A DNA stretch of 64,000 nucleotides, from contig JACRCV010000063.1 in the NCBI GenBank assembly GCA_016218825.1, forward strand, positions 1,070 through 65,069, in the 5' to 3' direction. This stretch comes from Deltaproteobacteria bacterium. Its GTDB lineage: Bacteria > Myxococcota > XYA12-FULL-58-9. Shown one piece after another: positions 9,007-21,485 of this stretch. Each line of letters opens with the position of its first letter. Position 1 is the first letter of the stretch. The translations under genes and the position numbers were made by a program. The notes below the pieces were generated by a model. The model was not told the origin of the DNA and did no database searches. It saw only the letters and a list, made by a program, of their open reading frames with translations.

Positions 9007-10317
9007 CTACTTCTTCTTGCCGTCTTTGCCCTTTTCCTGGGCCTTGTCGTAGTCCTCGATGAACTTGCGGACCGTGGCGGCGTCAGGCGCCGCGGGCGCG
9101 AGCTTCAGGTAGGTCCGGTAGTGTTGGACTGCCTGTTTGGGTTGGTTGCTCTTGGCGTAGGCGATGCCGAGGCTGCGGTGCGCGTCGGCGTGGCGCGGGT
9201 CGAGCCTGACCGCCTTGGAGAACAGGGTGACGGCGTCCGGGAGCTTCTCGGCCTTGTAGGCCTTGACCCCTTCGACGAAGGCCTCGTTGGCCTTGTCCTG
9301 GTCGCTCTTGCTGACCTTCTGCAGGCTCGGATCGCGGAACCAGCTGAGCACCGTGCTCGGTCCGTAGTACCACAGCACCCCGGCGCCGGCCGCGGCCACG
9401 ATCAACAGCAACCCGGCGATGAGGACCGGCAGCGACATCTTCTTGTGCTGCATGTCGGCCACCATCTGCATCGCGGCGTCGGACTGCAAGAGCGTCGGAT
9501 CTTTGGGCTTCTGCGCCGACGTCAAGGTCGGCAGCCCCAACGCCGGCAGGTCCGAGAGGCCACCGCTCGGCGTCGCGGCCGCCGGTGCCGGCTTCGGTCG
9601 GGTCTTGGGCGGCGGCGGTGGGCGCATCGGCGGCGGCAGCACCGCGCCCGGGCTCGACACCGAGGCGATCGACCACGGCTCCGGGCTCCCGGGGAGGCCC
9701 GACGGCGCCGCGCTCGGCGCCGCGGCCTTGAGGGCGAGCTCGCCGCTCGGGATGCCGCCGGATGCGTCGGGGATCGGCGGCAGCTGGAAATCAGGGAAGC
9801 TCGGCAGCTGCAGGTGCGCCGGCAGGCTCGCGGCCGGCGACGGGCTGCCGCTCGCGGAGGGGGCGGGGGCGCCCTTGGCGAAGTCCGGGAGCGCGAAGTC
9901 AATCGAGGGCAGCTGCAAATGGGCGCCCGGGGCCGGGTCGCTCGAGGCCGCGGCGCTCGGCGGCGTCGGCAGGGTGTGCTCGTCGTCGAGGCCGGTGGGG
10001 GCGGGACCGTCAGGCGGCATCCCGGCGGTCCCGACGCCGGCGGCGTCAGCTTTGGTGTCGTCGTCACTCATGGCGCTTGACCCTTTGCCAAAGGCGGTGT
10101 CCAGCTTCAGCCGGCTTTCTTTGCAGGTGGCGTCCAGGGCCGCCGCGATCCGGGAGCCGGCGGCGAAGACCATCGCCACCGCGCCCTCGATCGGTAGATC
10201 GGCTGTCACCCCACCGTAGTTGATCTGATTGCCACACGTCGGACAGCTTCCCTGGTTCAACACCCCGTCGTCAACATCTGTGAACGACCTCCGGCAACGG
10301 GGACAGTGGACATCCAT
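9007..10317 (-). CDS. zinc-ribbon, Pro-rich, single-TM, TPR-repeat protein
   Basis: MDVHCPRCRR...SCPTCGN is a CPxC/CPxC zinc ribbon. It is followed by ~250 aa of Pro/Ala/Ser low complexity, the TM helix LPVLIAGLLLIVAAAGAGVLWYY, and C-terminal TPR-like repeats (AFVEGVKAYKAEKLPDAVTLFSKAVRLDPRHADAHRSLGIAYAKSNQPKQAVQHYRTYLKLAP). ATG at 10315-10317; the track 887-aa ORF is a run-on into the nuoN region. Confidence 0.6.
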   Translation of the reverse strand: MDVHCPRCRRSFTDVDDGVLNQGSCPTCGNQINYGGVTADLPIEGAVAMVFAAGSRIAAALDATCKESRLKLDTAFGKGSSAMSDDDTKADAAGVGTAGMPPDGPAPTGLDDEHTLPTPPSAAASSDPAPGAHLQLPSIDFALPDFAKGAPAPSASGSPSPAASLPAHLQLPSFPDFQLPPIPDASGGIPSGELALKAAAPSAAPSGLPGSPEPWSIASVSSPGAVLPPPMRPPPPPKTRPKPAPAAATPSGGLSDLPALGLPTLTSAQKPKDPTLLQSDAAMQMVADMQHKKMSLPVLIAGLLLIVAAAGAGVLWYYGPSTVLSWFRDPSLQKVSKSDQDKANEAFVEGVKAYKAEKLPDAVTLFSKAVRLDPRHADAHRSLGIAYAKSNQPKQAVQHYRTYLKLAPAAPDAATVRKFIEDYDKAQEKGKDGKKK

Positions 10318-10343
10318 CGGTCTCGGGCGCTCACGCGCGGCTT

Positions 10344-11843
10344 CTACCCCAGCCAGCCGGTGACGAGGCGTTTGGCGATCGCGAAGTAGGTGTCGGGCAG
10401 CAGGCCGAACACCAGCGTCAAGGCCGCGCACAGCCACAGCCCGGCCGACAACCACGCCGATTCGACCCGCTTCTCCTCGGTGCCCGCGGCGCGCATGTAC
10501 ATGACCACGGTGACCCGGAGGTAGTAGAACGCGCCGATGGCGCTCGCGAGCACCGCGATGATCACCACGCTGGTCCGACCCGCTGCCACCGCCGCCGAGA
10601 ACAACGCCAGCTTGCCGAAGAAGCCCGCGGTCGGCGGGATGCCGGCGAGCGAGAACATGAACAGCGCCATCGCCAGGCCGAACGCCGGGTAACGGTGGCC
10701 GGTCCCGGCCAGGCGCTCGATCGGCAGGTCGGGGCGGCGGTCTTCGCCGCGCTCGAACGCCAACACCACGCCGAAGGCGCCGAGCGTCATCGCGGTGTAG
10801 CCGAACAGGTAGTAGGCGACCGCCTCGACGGCGTAGCTCTTCGGCTCGGCGATGAAGGCCGCGACGCCGACGAGCACGTAGCCGGCGTGGGCGATGCTGG
10901 AGTAGGCCAGCATTCGTTTGATCTGAGTCTGGCGGATCGCCAGCAGGTTGCCGAGCACCATCGTCAGGACGCCCAGCACCTCGAAGATCTGGATCGCGGT
11001 CTCGGTGCCGCGCTCGCCGCCGGCGATCAAGGTCGCGGCGACGAAGCGCAACACGCCGGCGAAGGCCGCCGTTTTGATGCCCACCGCCATGAAGGCGGTC
11101 GACGGCGTCGGCGCGCCCTCGTAGACGTCCGGGGCCCACATGTGGAACGGCACCGCGGCGATCTTGAAGCCCAGGCCGCACAACAACATCGCGACGCCGA
11201 TGAAGCCGGCGACCGAGACCTCGTGGCCCAGGAACGCGGCGCCGAGCGCCTTGAAGGTCAACGCCGGCGTGCCCGAGAGCCGGCCGACCTCGCCGTAGAG
11301 CAACGCGATGCCGAAGAGCGCGAACGCCGACGCGAACGCGCCGTAGACGAAGTACTTCAGCGCCGCCTCCTGCGAGCGCCGCGAGCTGCGCCGATAGCCG
11401 GCGAGCACGTAGACCGCGAGCGACATGGTCTCGATGCCGATGAACAAGGTCAACAGGTCGCCGGCCAGCGCCACCATCAGCATCCCGACCGCGGCGAACA
11501 ACACCAGGCTGAAGAACTCGCCGTGCGACAGGCCGTGCTCTTGCAGGTAGGCGGCGGCGAAGACCACACCGAAGAACGCGCCGCACAAGGAGGTCAGGCC
11601 GAAGAGCACGCCGATGCCGTCGATGACGATGGCGCCGGAGAACAACGTCCGCGTGCCCTCGACGTTCCACAACAGCACGCCGGCGGTGAACAGCCCCACG
11701 AGGCTCAACACCGCGAGGTGGGTGCTCGAGCCCGGCGCCGGGCGCTTGTCGCCGCCGGTCACCGTGAGCAGCAACACCGCGAGCGCGGTCAGCACCAGGA
11801 TCCAGAGCGGCGACAGCCCGCCGAGGTCACCGAGGATGTTCAT
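10344..11843 (-). CDS. nuoN: NADH-quinone oxidoreductase subunit N
   Basis: Polytopic NuoN/ND2-type sequence (FHMWAPDVYEGAPTP, LAYSSIAHAGYVL). The start ATG overlaps the nuoM stop (ATGA). Confidence 0.9.
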   Translation of the reverse strand: MNILGDLGGLSPLWILVLTALAVLLLTVTGGDKRPAPGSSTHLAVLSLVGLFTAGVLLWNVEGTRTLFSGAIVIDGIGVLFGLTSLCGAFFGVVFAAAYLQEHGLSHGEFFSLVLFAAVGMLMVALAGDLLTLFIGIETMSLAVYVLAGYRRSSRRSQEAALKYFVYGAFASAFALFGIALLYGEVGRLSGTPALTFKALGAAFLGHEVSVAGFIGVAMLLCGLGFKIAAVPFHMWAPDVYEGAPTPSTAFMAVGIKTAAFAGVLRFVAATLIAGGERGTETAIQIFEVLGVLTMVLGNLLAIRQTQIKRMLAYSSIAHAGYVLVGVAAFIAEPKSYAVEAVAYYLFGYTAMTLGAFGVVLAFERGEDRRPDLPIERLAGTGHRYPAFGLAMALFMFSLAGIPPTAGFFGKLALFSAAVAAGRTSVVIIAVLASAIGAFYYLRVTVVMYMRAAGTEEKRVESAWLSAGLWLCAALTLVFGLLPDTYFAIAKRLVTGWLG

Positions 11844-13860
11844 GGCCGACCTCCCTTGTCAGCGGCCGGCGCGTCCAGAGCCGGCGTCGGGTTCTTCGCC
11901 CGCATCGGCACCAGCTTCTCGAGCGGCCCCGGCAGCCGGCCGAACTTGCGGTTCCACGGCAGGCGGCGCTCGCCGCTGTTGTCCACCGGCGCGGTCGGCG
12001 GCGACTCGGGCATGACCCCCAAGATCCGGGGCGGCGTGGCTTCGGTGCCGGTGACCGGTGCCGGCGTGACCCCGGGAACCGCCTTCAGGTTGGCGCGGGC
12101 GCGAAACTGCGTGGCGTACGCGGTCGCCGCGGGGTTGATGGTCTCCAGGAACGGCTGCGGGAACACGCCCATCAGCACCGCGACCAGCACCAGGGGGGCG
12201 AGCACCAGGGTCTCGCGCGGGCTCAGGTCGACGAGCTTCTCGTTCTCGGGGTGGGTGAGCGGCCCGAAGAACACCCGCTGGGTGGCGACCAACAGGTACA
12301 CCGCGGCGAAGATCACCCCGGTCGCGGCGATGACCGCGAGCAGCGCGAAGACCTCAGTGAACTTGGCGGTGTCATTCAGAGGCCCGGCCAGCGGTCGAAC
12401 CAAGAGGCCGCCGCCGAAGGTCCCGAGCGGCGGCGCGACGAACAGCAGCGCCAACGCCAGAGCCAGACCGATCGCGGCGACCTTGGTCCACACTTGCTCG
12501 CGCGGCAGGTGGCGGCCGACCGCGGCGGCGATCAGCACCACCGCGAGCAGCGCCACGAGCTCGGCGGCGATGATGCCGGCCCAGGCGAAGTCGCTGGTGA
12601 CGATGTTCAAGGTGGTGCCCTCGCTCTGGAAGGTCCCCATCAGGATCAAGAACTCGCCGACGAAGCCGTTCAGCCCCGGCAGGCCCGCGGAGCTCAAAGC
12701 GATCAGCACGAAGATCGCGGCGTAGCGCGGCATCACCTTCGCGAGGCCGCCGAAGTCGTCGAGCAGCCGGGTGTGGCGGCGCTCGTAGATCACCCCGACC
12801 AACAAGAACAGCGCGCCGGTGGAGATGCCGTGATTCACCATCTGCAAGATGCCGCCCGACAGTCCGGTCACGGTCATCGCCGCGATGCCGAGCATCACGA
12901 AGCCCAAGTGCGACACCGAGGAGAACGCGATCAGGCGCTTGAAGTCGGTCTGCACCATCGACACCAAGGCGCCGTAGATGATGCCGATGACCGCGAGCAG
13001 TCCGAGCGCCGGCATGAAGGACGCCGCGGCCTTGGGGAACAGCCACATCGCGTAGCGCAGGAAGCCGAAGGTGCCGAGCTTCAACAACACCCCGGCCAGG
13101 ATCACCGAGCCGCCGGTGGGCGCCTCGACGTGGGCGTCGGGCAACCAGGTGTGGAACGGGAACATCGGCACCTTGATCGCGAACGCCACCGCGAACGCCA
13201 AGAACAGCCAGATCTCGGCGCCGCCCAGGTCGGTCTGCGGCAGGCGGTTGACGATCTCGGCGAAGCCGAACGACATCCCGCCCTGGGCGCGCACCGCGAA
13301 CACCAGGTAGAGGATCGCGACCAGCATCAACAGCGAGCCGGCCATGGTGTAGAGGAAGAACTTGAGGGCGGCGTAGATCCGCCGTCTCCCGCCCCAGACG
13401 CCGATCAAGAAGTACATCGGCACCAGCATCACTTCCCAGAACACGTAGAACAGGAAGAGGTCGGTCGCGACGAAGGCGCCGAGCATGCCGGTCTGCAGGA
13501 ACAGCAAGCAAACGATGTACTCCCGGGCCCGCTCGGTGACGCTGGAGTAGGTGCTGAGGATGACGATCGGCGCCAAGAACGTGGTGAGCACCACGAGCAG
13601 GACGCTGACGCCGTCGACGCCGACGCTGTAGGAGATGCCGAGGGTCGGCACCCAGGCGACCTCTTCGACGAGCTGCATCGCGGTGGTCGCGGGCACGAAC
13701 AGGTGCCACATCCACAGCGCCAGCACCAAGTCGATGACCGCGACCGCGATCGCGAAGCCGCGCACGCCCGAGTGCTCCTCGCGCGGGAACGCCAACGCCA
13801 GGACGGCGCCGACGAGCGGTAGGAACACGATGAAGGTGAGCAGGTGGCTGGAGATGAAGC

Positions 13861-13864
<4 letters not shown>
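11840..13864 (-). CDS. nuoM: NADH-quinone oxidoreductase subunit M (with C-terminal Pro-rich extension)
   Basis: NuoM/ND4 motifs (FPFHTWLPDAHVEAPT, LIAFSSVSHLGFV). ATG at 13862-13864 overlaps the nuoL stop TGA; about 674 aa including a ~90-aa low-complexity tail. Confidence 0.9.
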
Positions 13865-15939
<2,075 letters not shown>

Positions 15940-16043
15940 GGACACACCTGCCCGCGTGGTGGGAGGTCGGGCGGCGCCGGCGTCTCGTGACCGAACAAAA
16001 CCGCGCGCCGGCCGCCCCTTCCCGAGTGGCGACTGTCTAGGGC

Positions 16044-16805
16044 TCACCCTCGGGTGGAGTCAAGCCGCGCGGGCGGCGCCGCGGTCGGCGCACCCGCCTC
16101 CTTGGCGGCCGCCTCCCGCGCCAGCTTCTCGCGTCGCTTTGCCGCCGCTTCCTGACCCAGCGCCGCTTCGATCGGGTCGTGCTCGGCTTCGAGCGCGGCG
16201 AGGGCCCGTTCGATTCTGAGGCGCAAGGTCTCCAGATCTTCTCCCGGCGCCGCCTCGATGGGCGCGCCGAAGTAGAAGTCGACGCGGGTGAACGGCTTCG
16301 GGACCTGAAACCGGTCCCAGGCGCGCGCGAAGACGTAGCGTCGTCTCGCGACCGGGACGGCGGTGACCACCGCGGCGCCGGTCTCGAGCGCCAGCCTGGC
16401 GATGCCGCGGCTCACAGTGCCGCGCGGCCCGCGTGGGCCGTCCACCGCCCGATAGGCTGGCCGGCCGTTCTGGACGTGGCGAATGAGCTTGTCGAGCGCC
16501 TCTTTGCCGCCTTTGTCGCGGCCCCGGTCGCGCGACGAGCCCCGGACCACCACCACCCGGCTCACGAGGAGGCTCGGCACCAGCAGGTCACCGTCGACGG
16601 AGCGCGACACCATCGCGCCGGTGCCGGGCTCGGCGGCGAGCACCGCGGCGAGCTGGTGGCCGTGGAGGATGGCGTAGGCGTAGGGTTTGCGCGCGCTCTG
16701 CAGCGCCGGGCGCGGGTCGGCGTGGAAGCGGGCGCGGCAGCTCAGGCGCAAGAGCAGCACCACGAGGGCGGCGAGCCAGGCGGCGACGAAGCGCAACACG
16801 GCCAT
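16044..16805 (-). CDS. DUF374 / lysophospholipid-acyltransferase-like protein
   Basis: N-terminal TM, then PYAYAILHGHQL...VVRGSSRDRGRDKGGKEALD..., resembling the DUF374 (LPLAT superfamily) pattern. Lies 12 bp downstream of the PLP-enzyme gene. Confidence 0.5.
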   Translation of the reverse strand: MAVLRFVAAWLAALVVLLLRLSCRARFHADPRPALQSARKPYAYAILHGHQLAAVLAAEPGTGAMVSRSVDGDLLVPSLLVSRVVVVRGSSRDRGRDKGGKEALDKLIRHVQNGRPAYRAVDGPRGPRGTVSRGIARLALETGAAVVTAVPVARRRYVFARAWDRFQVPKPFTRVDFYFGAPIEAAPGEDLETLRLRIERALAALEAEHDPIEAALGQEAAAKRREKLAREAAAKEAGAPTAAPPARLDSTRG

Positions 16806-16817
16806 GCGGGCGTTCGC

Positions 16818-18020
16818 TCACGCCAAGAGCTTGCAGCGCTGCAGGCTCTTCTCCAGGCGGGTGAGGGTCCGGCCGATGTCGTCGTCGAGGCCGACCGAGA
16901 AGCGGATCAAGCCGTCGGAGAGGCCCATCGCCGCCTTCTCCGCCGGTGGGATCTCGGACGAGGTGCTGCTGCCGGGCGCCGAGAACAAGGTCTTGAAGTA
17001 GCCCAGGCTCACCGCCAGGTAGCCCACCAGCTCCTCCTGCATCACCCGCATCAGCTCGCGGGCGGTCGTCGCCTCGCTGACGTCCAGGGTCATCATGCCG
17101 CCGTAGCCGATCCCCGCGTGCTTCAAGCGGGAAAAGAGGGCGTGCTGCGGGTGGTCGGCGAGCCCGGGGTAGTGAACCCGGAGGCCGCGGCCCTTGAGCC
17201 AGGTGGCGAGCGCCAGGGCGTTGTCGGAGTGCTTGCGCATCCGGACGTGCAGCGAGTGCAGGTTCTTCAGCAGGCTCGCGGCGCGCAACGAATCGAGCAC
17301 CGGGCCGAAGAGCATGCAGGCGCCGGAGTTGACGTCGGTGAGCTCACGGACGAGCTCGGTGGTGCTGCAGATACAGCCGGCGACCGCGTCGGCGGTGCCG
17401 TTCGCGAACTTGGTGAGCGAGTAGACCACGACGTCGGCGCCGAGCTTGGCCGGGGAGATGATCATCGGCGTGAAGGTGTTGTCGACGACGAGCTTCAGGC
17501 CGTGGGCGCGCGCGAAGCTCGCGAGCGCCGGGATGTCCGCGATCTCCAAGAGCGGGTTCGACTCGGTCTCGGCATAGAGCACCCGGGTCTTCGGGGTCAC
17601 GGCTTTCGTCAGGGCGTCGAGGTTGGTGATGTCGACGAAGCGGGTGGTGATGCCGAGGCGCGGCAGCAGGTTCTTGAACAGCGCGTAGGTGCCGCCGTAG
17701 ATCGTCCGCCCCGAGACGATCTCGTCGCCGGTGGCGCACAGCTGCAAGATGGTCGAGGCGATGGCGCTCATCCCCGAGGCGGTCACCTGCGCCATCTCGG
17801 TGCCTTCCATCGCCGCGAGCGCCTGCGACAGGTAGCGGTTGATCGGGTTCCAGTGGCGCGAGTACAGGAAGCAGCCCTCGATCTCGTGCTCGAAGGCCTC
17901 CTCCATCCGCTGCGGCGACAAGAAAGTATAGGTGACGCTGTCGGTGACCGACGGGTTGACGTCGCCGAACTCTCCGAAGACCAGGAGATCCTGGATGGCG
18001 CTGGCGGGATTGAATGACAT
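16818..18020 (-). CDS. Cys/Met-metabolism PLP-dependent enzyme (cystathionine gamma-synthase / methionine gamma-lyase family, divergent)
   Basis: Family fold with PLP-lysine context YSLTKFANGTAD, plus ...ETESNPLLEIADI... and ...NRYLSQALAAMEGTE.... ATG at 18018-18020 (MSFNPASAIQD). Confidence 0.75.
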   Translation of the reverse strand: MSFNPASAIQDLLVFGEFGDVNPSVTDSVTYTFLSPQRMEEAFEHEIEGCFLYSRHWNPINRYLSQALAAMEGTEMAQVTASGMSAIASTILQLCATGDEIVSGRTIYGGTYALFKNLLPRLGITTRFVDITNLDALTKAVTPKTRVLYAETESNPLLEIADIPALASFARAHGLKLVVDNTFTPMIISPAKLGADVVVYSLTKFANGTADAVAGCICSTTELVRELTDVNSGACMLFGPVLDSLRAASLLKNLHSLHVRMRKHSDNALALATWLKGRGLRVHYPGLADHPQHALFSRLKHAGIGYGGMMTLDVSEATTARELMRVMQEELVGYLAVSLGYFKTLFSAPGSSTSSEIPPAEKAAMGLSDGLIRFSVGLDDDIGRTLTRLEKSLQRCKLLA

Positions 18021-18112
18021 GGGCGTTGGGCCTCCGCGCGTAACCAACCGCCGCCGCTCGCCGCTGTCAACCACCCATTGCGATCGGCTTTGTCGAGATC
18101 TAAGGTCGCCGC

Positions 18113-18526
18113 ATGAGCGCCACCATCTTCTCCAAGATCATCGCCGGCGAGATCCCCTGTCACCGCGTGTTCGAGAACGCGCACGTGCTGGCGTTCCTCG
18201 ACATCGCGCCGCTCGCCCGCGGCCACACCCTCGTGGTGCCGAAGGAGCCGGCGCCAACGCTCGCGCAGCTCTCCGACGAGGCGGCGGCCGAGATCGGCAG
18301 GGCGCTGCCGCGGATCTGTCGCGCGGTCGTCGCCGCGACCGGGGCCGCGGCCTACAACGTGCTGCAGAACAACGGTGCCATCGCCCACCAGGCGATCTTC
18401 CACGTCCACTTCCACATCATCCCCAAGTACGACGACGGCACCGGGCTCGAGCTCGGCTGGCCGGCGCGCTCGCTGGAGACGGCCGCGGCGACCGCGTTGG
18501 CGGCGAAGATCCGGGCGGCGGTCTGA
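18113..18526 (+). CDS. HIT-family (histidine triad) protein
   Basis: Histidine triad HVHFHIIP and nucleotide-binding N-terminus FSKIIAGEIPCHRVFENAHVLAFLDI. Confidence 0.85.
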   Translation: MSATIFSKIIAGEIPCHRVFENAHVLAFLDIAPLARGHTLVVPKEPAPTLAQLSDEAAAEIGRALPRICRAVVAATGAAAYNVLQNNGAIAHQAIFHVHFHIIPKYDDGTGLELGWPARSLETAAATALAAKIRAAV

Positions 18527-18712
18527 GCGGGGCGCGTTACCGTTCACGGGGGACCGCCCGCCGCGAGAAGATCCTTGGCGAAAACAAGGCGTTGTGGCGC
18601 GGCTCTGCGTCCCCCGTGAGCCCCACGCTCAGGACCGGCAAAGCCGGATCCTTCGCGTCTACGGCCAGTTACGAGAGCCATCGTGATGACCCCGTGAACG
18701 CTTGCCGGGGCG

Positions 18713-19210
18713 CTACTTGCCGCTCACGCCGGGGGCGACGGTGAAGCGCTGACGGAAGGCGTCGGCGAGCACCGCGCCGCTCTCGGTCGCGGCGCCGGCG
18801 GCGACGACCAGGGTGTAGTCGGCGGGCGCGAGCGGTTGGTCGGGGCGAAACGCCAGCACCGTGCTGCTGCTGTCCCACGCCAGCGCGCCGCCGACATAGC
18901 CGTCCCGGGTATAGAGCGCGAACGCGTCGCCGGCCGCGTCGCTCATCGGGACCGAGAACACGACCTTGACGACCACGTCGGGGCGCGCCGCGCTGCCGTC
19001 GGTCGGCAGCGCCTTCATCACCGTCGGCGTCAGGGCCTCGCCGTGTTCTTGGACGGCGCCGCGCGTCGGTACGCGGCTCAGCTCGGCACCGCAGCTCGAC
19101 GCCACGAGGGCGTAGAGGGCGGCGCCGACCAGGGTGCCCCAGACCTGGATGAGGGTTCTCTCCCGAGCGGTGTTCTCGGTCAGCCACGCGGTTCGTTCAG
19201 TTGCCATCAC
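18713..19210 (-). CDS. lipoprotein with Ig-like (Big_5/SbsA-type) domain
   Basis: Signal plus lipobox LVASSCG, then PDVVVKVVFSVPM...YTLVVAAGAATESGAVL, resembling a bacterial Ig-like domain. Confidence 0.45.
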   Translation of the reverse strand: MMATERTAWLTENTARERTLIQVWGTLVGAALYALVASSCGAELSRVPTRGAVQEHGEALTPTVMKALPTDGSAARPDVVVKVVFSVPMSDAAGDAFALYTRDGYVGGALAWDSSSTVLAFRPDQPLAPADYTLVVAAGAATESGAVLADAFRQRFTVAPGVSGK

Positions 19211-19311
19211 CTTTAGCAGTAACGCCGCGATCGTGGGTCGTCAAAAAACCGGCGGCGCGCCGGCGTCGTCAGGAGGCGCGTTGACGAAGAATGCCGGCGG
19301 CGGCCCCGGGG

Positions 19312-20535
19312 TCAGGCGTCGTTGGGCTCCGCATCGACCTCGGAGGGGCCGTCGCAGGTGAGGGTGACGTGGGTGATCTCCGCCGGCTCGCAAAGCCGCA
19401 TCGGCGGGCCCCAGTAGCCGGTGCCGCGCGACACGTAGATCCAGGTCTTGCTCTGATGGAGGTGCAGCCCTTCCATATAAGGCTGGGTGAGGGCGACGAG
19501 GTAGCCGAACGGCCAGATCTGACCGCCGTGGGTGTGACCGGAGAGCATCAGCCCGACCCCGTGCCGGGCGGCGGCGTGCACCTCCTTTGGCTGGTGCGCG
19601 AGGAGCACTACCTCGCGGCCGGGATCGACGCCCGCCATCGCGCGCTCGACGTCGGCGCCGTGACCCGGGGTCATCGTCTGGCGCGCGGCGCTGGAGTCGT
19701 CGACGCCGGCCAGCTCGAAGCTGTCCGCCCGGTCGCCGATGACGACGCGCTCGTTGCGGAGCACGCGGATGCCGAGCGTCGGCAGGTGGGCGAGCCACGC
19801 CCCGACGCCGGAGTAGTACTCGTGGTTGCCGGTCACGAAGTAGACCCCGTGGCGCGCCACCAGCGCTCCGAGCGGCGCCACCGTGTCTTTCAGCTCTTCG
19901 GCGCTGCCGTCCACGAGGTCGCCGGTGATCACCACCAGATCCGGGTGCAGGGCGTTGGTCTGCCGCACCACCTCGTTGACGAAGCGCAAGCCGACGGTCT
20001 CGCCGACGTGCAGGTCGGTGAGCTGCACCAGCCGGAAGCCGTCGAGCGCCTGCGGCAGGCGGCTGAGCGCCACCCGCACCCGGCGTACCCTCGGGGTGCG
20101 CAGCGCCGCACCGACCGCGATCCCCGAGAGCCCGAGGGTGCCGGCGAGGGCGCTGCCGGCGAGCAGGCGGGCGAAGAACGCCCGGCGCGACGGGTCGCTC
20201 AGGTCCTGGTCGTAGAGCAGACGGGCGGTGAGGGTGCCGGCGGCGCGCACGAAGTCCCCGGCGACCAGGAGCACGAAGAGCAGGAACATCGCGCCCATCC
20301 ACAGGAACGCCGGCCAGCTGACGAGCTCGCGCCACGGCGACGACAGGACCCGCCCCAAGATCATCGCCAACGGCAACGACAGCGCCAGCACGACCAGGAT
20401 GGTGGTCGTGCCGAGCCGCCACTCGCGGCTGAGCGCCAGATCGCGCACCAGGCGCAGGTAGAAGTAGTAGTGCAGCCCGCCGATGATCGACAGCGCCACG
20501 CCGATTAAGAGCACGAAGCCGAGCACCCGCATCAT
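19312..20535 (-). CDS. membrane-anchored metallophosphoesterase (calcineurin-like)
   Basis: N-terminal TM helices, then phosphoesterase motifs LTDLHVG, ITGDLVD, GNHEY and GHTHGG. Start taken at MM (20530-20535). Confidence 0.75.
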   Translation of the reverse strand: MMRVLGFVLLIGVALSIIGGLHYYFYLRLVRDLALSREWRLGTTTILVVLALSLPLAMILGRVLSSPWRELVSWPAFLWMGAMFLLFVLLVAGDFVRAAGTLTARLLYDQDLSDPSRRAFFARLLAGSALAGTLGLSGIAVGAALRTPRVRRVRVALSRLPQALDGFRLVQLTDLHVGETVGLRFVNEVVRQTNALHPDLVVITGDLVDGSAEELKDTVAPLGALVARHGVYFVTGNHEYYSGVGAWLAHLPTLGIRVLRNERVVIGDRADSFELAGVDDSSAARQTMTPGHGADVERAMAGVDPGREVVLLAHQPKEVHAAARHGVGLMLSGHTHGGQIWPFGYLVALTQPYMEGLHLHQSKTWIYVSRGTGYWGPPMRLCEPAEITHVTLTCDGPSEVDAEPNDA

Positions 20536-20625
20536 GCCGCTATGCGAGGGGCGAACCCCGGCCATCGCCACGATCCAGCGAGCGCCCGGCCCGGCGAGTC
20601 GAATCCAATCTTCGACGGTGTCATC

Positions 20626-21369
20626 TCAACGCGCCGGCTCGTCGTCCATGAACGCGAGCGCCTGCCGCAGGCGGGTGACGCAGTCGCCGATGCCTTTCAC
20701 GTAGCGCGCCAGCCGACCGTCATCGGCCGCGGCCTCGCGCAGGGATCGTGTTGCCGTCTGCATCTCGGCGACGTGGGGGCCGATCGCGGCGGCGAACGGA
20801 CCGAACACCTTTCTGACAGTAGGGTGCTCGGGCTTGATGTCGCTGAAGTGCGGCATCGCGACCGGCGGCGGGGCGGCGGCGCTCGCGTCCCCTTTGGGCT
20901 CGCTGTGGCGCTCGAAGGTCTGCAGCACGCTCTCGATGGTGCCGCACAGGCGGATCAAGGTCTGCGCGTGCCGAGCGCTCGGGGCGTCATCGCCGGCCCG
21001 GGCGGCGACGCAGTCGGCGAACGCGACGATTGGCGTCATCGGGTTTCTGACCTCGTGACAGATCGCCGCGACCACGTAGGCCGGGGTGACGCCGTCGGCG
21101 CCGGGCACGAAGCCGGTGCCGAGGGTCAACGGCGAGTCGGCGGCGAGCAGCTTCGGCGCGGCGTTGGCGGGCGCGAGCTTCCGGTCGGTTTGGGTGAAAG
21201 CGGCGATGCCCTTGCGATCGAGCGCCTCGGCGTCGACGACCACCGGCGCCGTGCCCCGCTTCTCGGTCTCAGCGGCGCCACCCGGGGTCAGGGGCCTCTT
21301 GACGTGCTTGGCGACCTCTGGGCGCTCGGTGTTCGCGAGCTTCGAGGCTTTCAGGAGGTCATCGGCCAT
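20626..21369 (-). CDS. orphan HisKA (DHp) domain protein without recognisable ATPase domain
   Basis: H-box AAICHEVRNPMTPIVAFADC. The ~100-aa N-terminus is low complexity, and the C-terminus lacks N/G1/G2 boxes. GAGGA precedes the ATG at 21369. Confidence 0.5.
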   Translation of the reverse strand: MADDLLKASKLANTERPEVAKHVKRPLTPGGAAETEKRGTAPVVVDAEALDRKGIAAFTQTDRKLAPANAAPKLLAADSPLTLGTGFVPGADGVTPAYVVAAICHEVRNPMTPIVAFADCVAARAGDDAPSARHAQTLIRLCGTIESVLQTFERHSEPKGDASAAAPPPVAMPHFSDIKPEHPTVRKVFGPFAAAIGPHVAEMQTATRSLREAAADDGRLARYVKGIGDCVTRLRQALAFMDDEPAR

Positions 21370-21485
21370 CGGCGCAGTCCTCGAGGGTGTAGGCGAAGGC
21401 TACCAGGCGCCCGAGCGTTGTCAACGCCCGCGGCGCGGACGCGCCGCCTGGTGCCGGGGCGCGCCAGCGGATACTCTGGCTTGGA

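Noticed and set aside
9007-11670. 887-aa minus-strand ORF in the track
   Set aside because: The first ~450 residues are Arg/Gly/His-rich nonsense read antisense or out of frame across the nuoN region. The real gene starts at ATG 10315-10317 (zinc-ribbon MDVHCPRCRR...).
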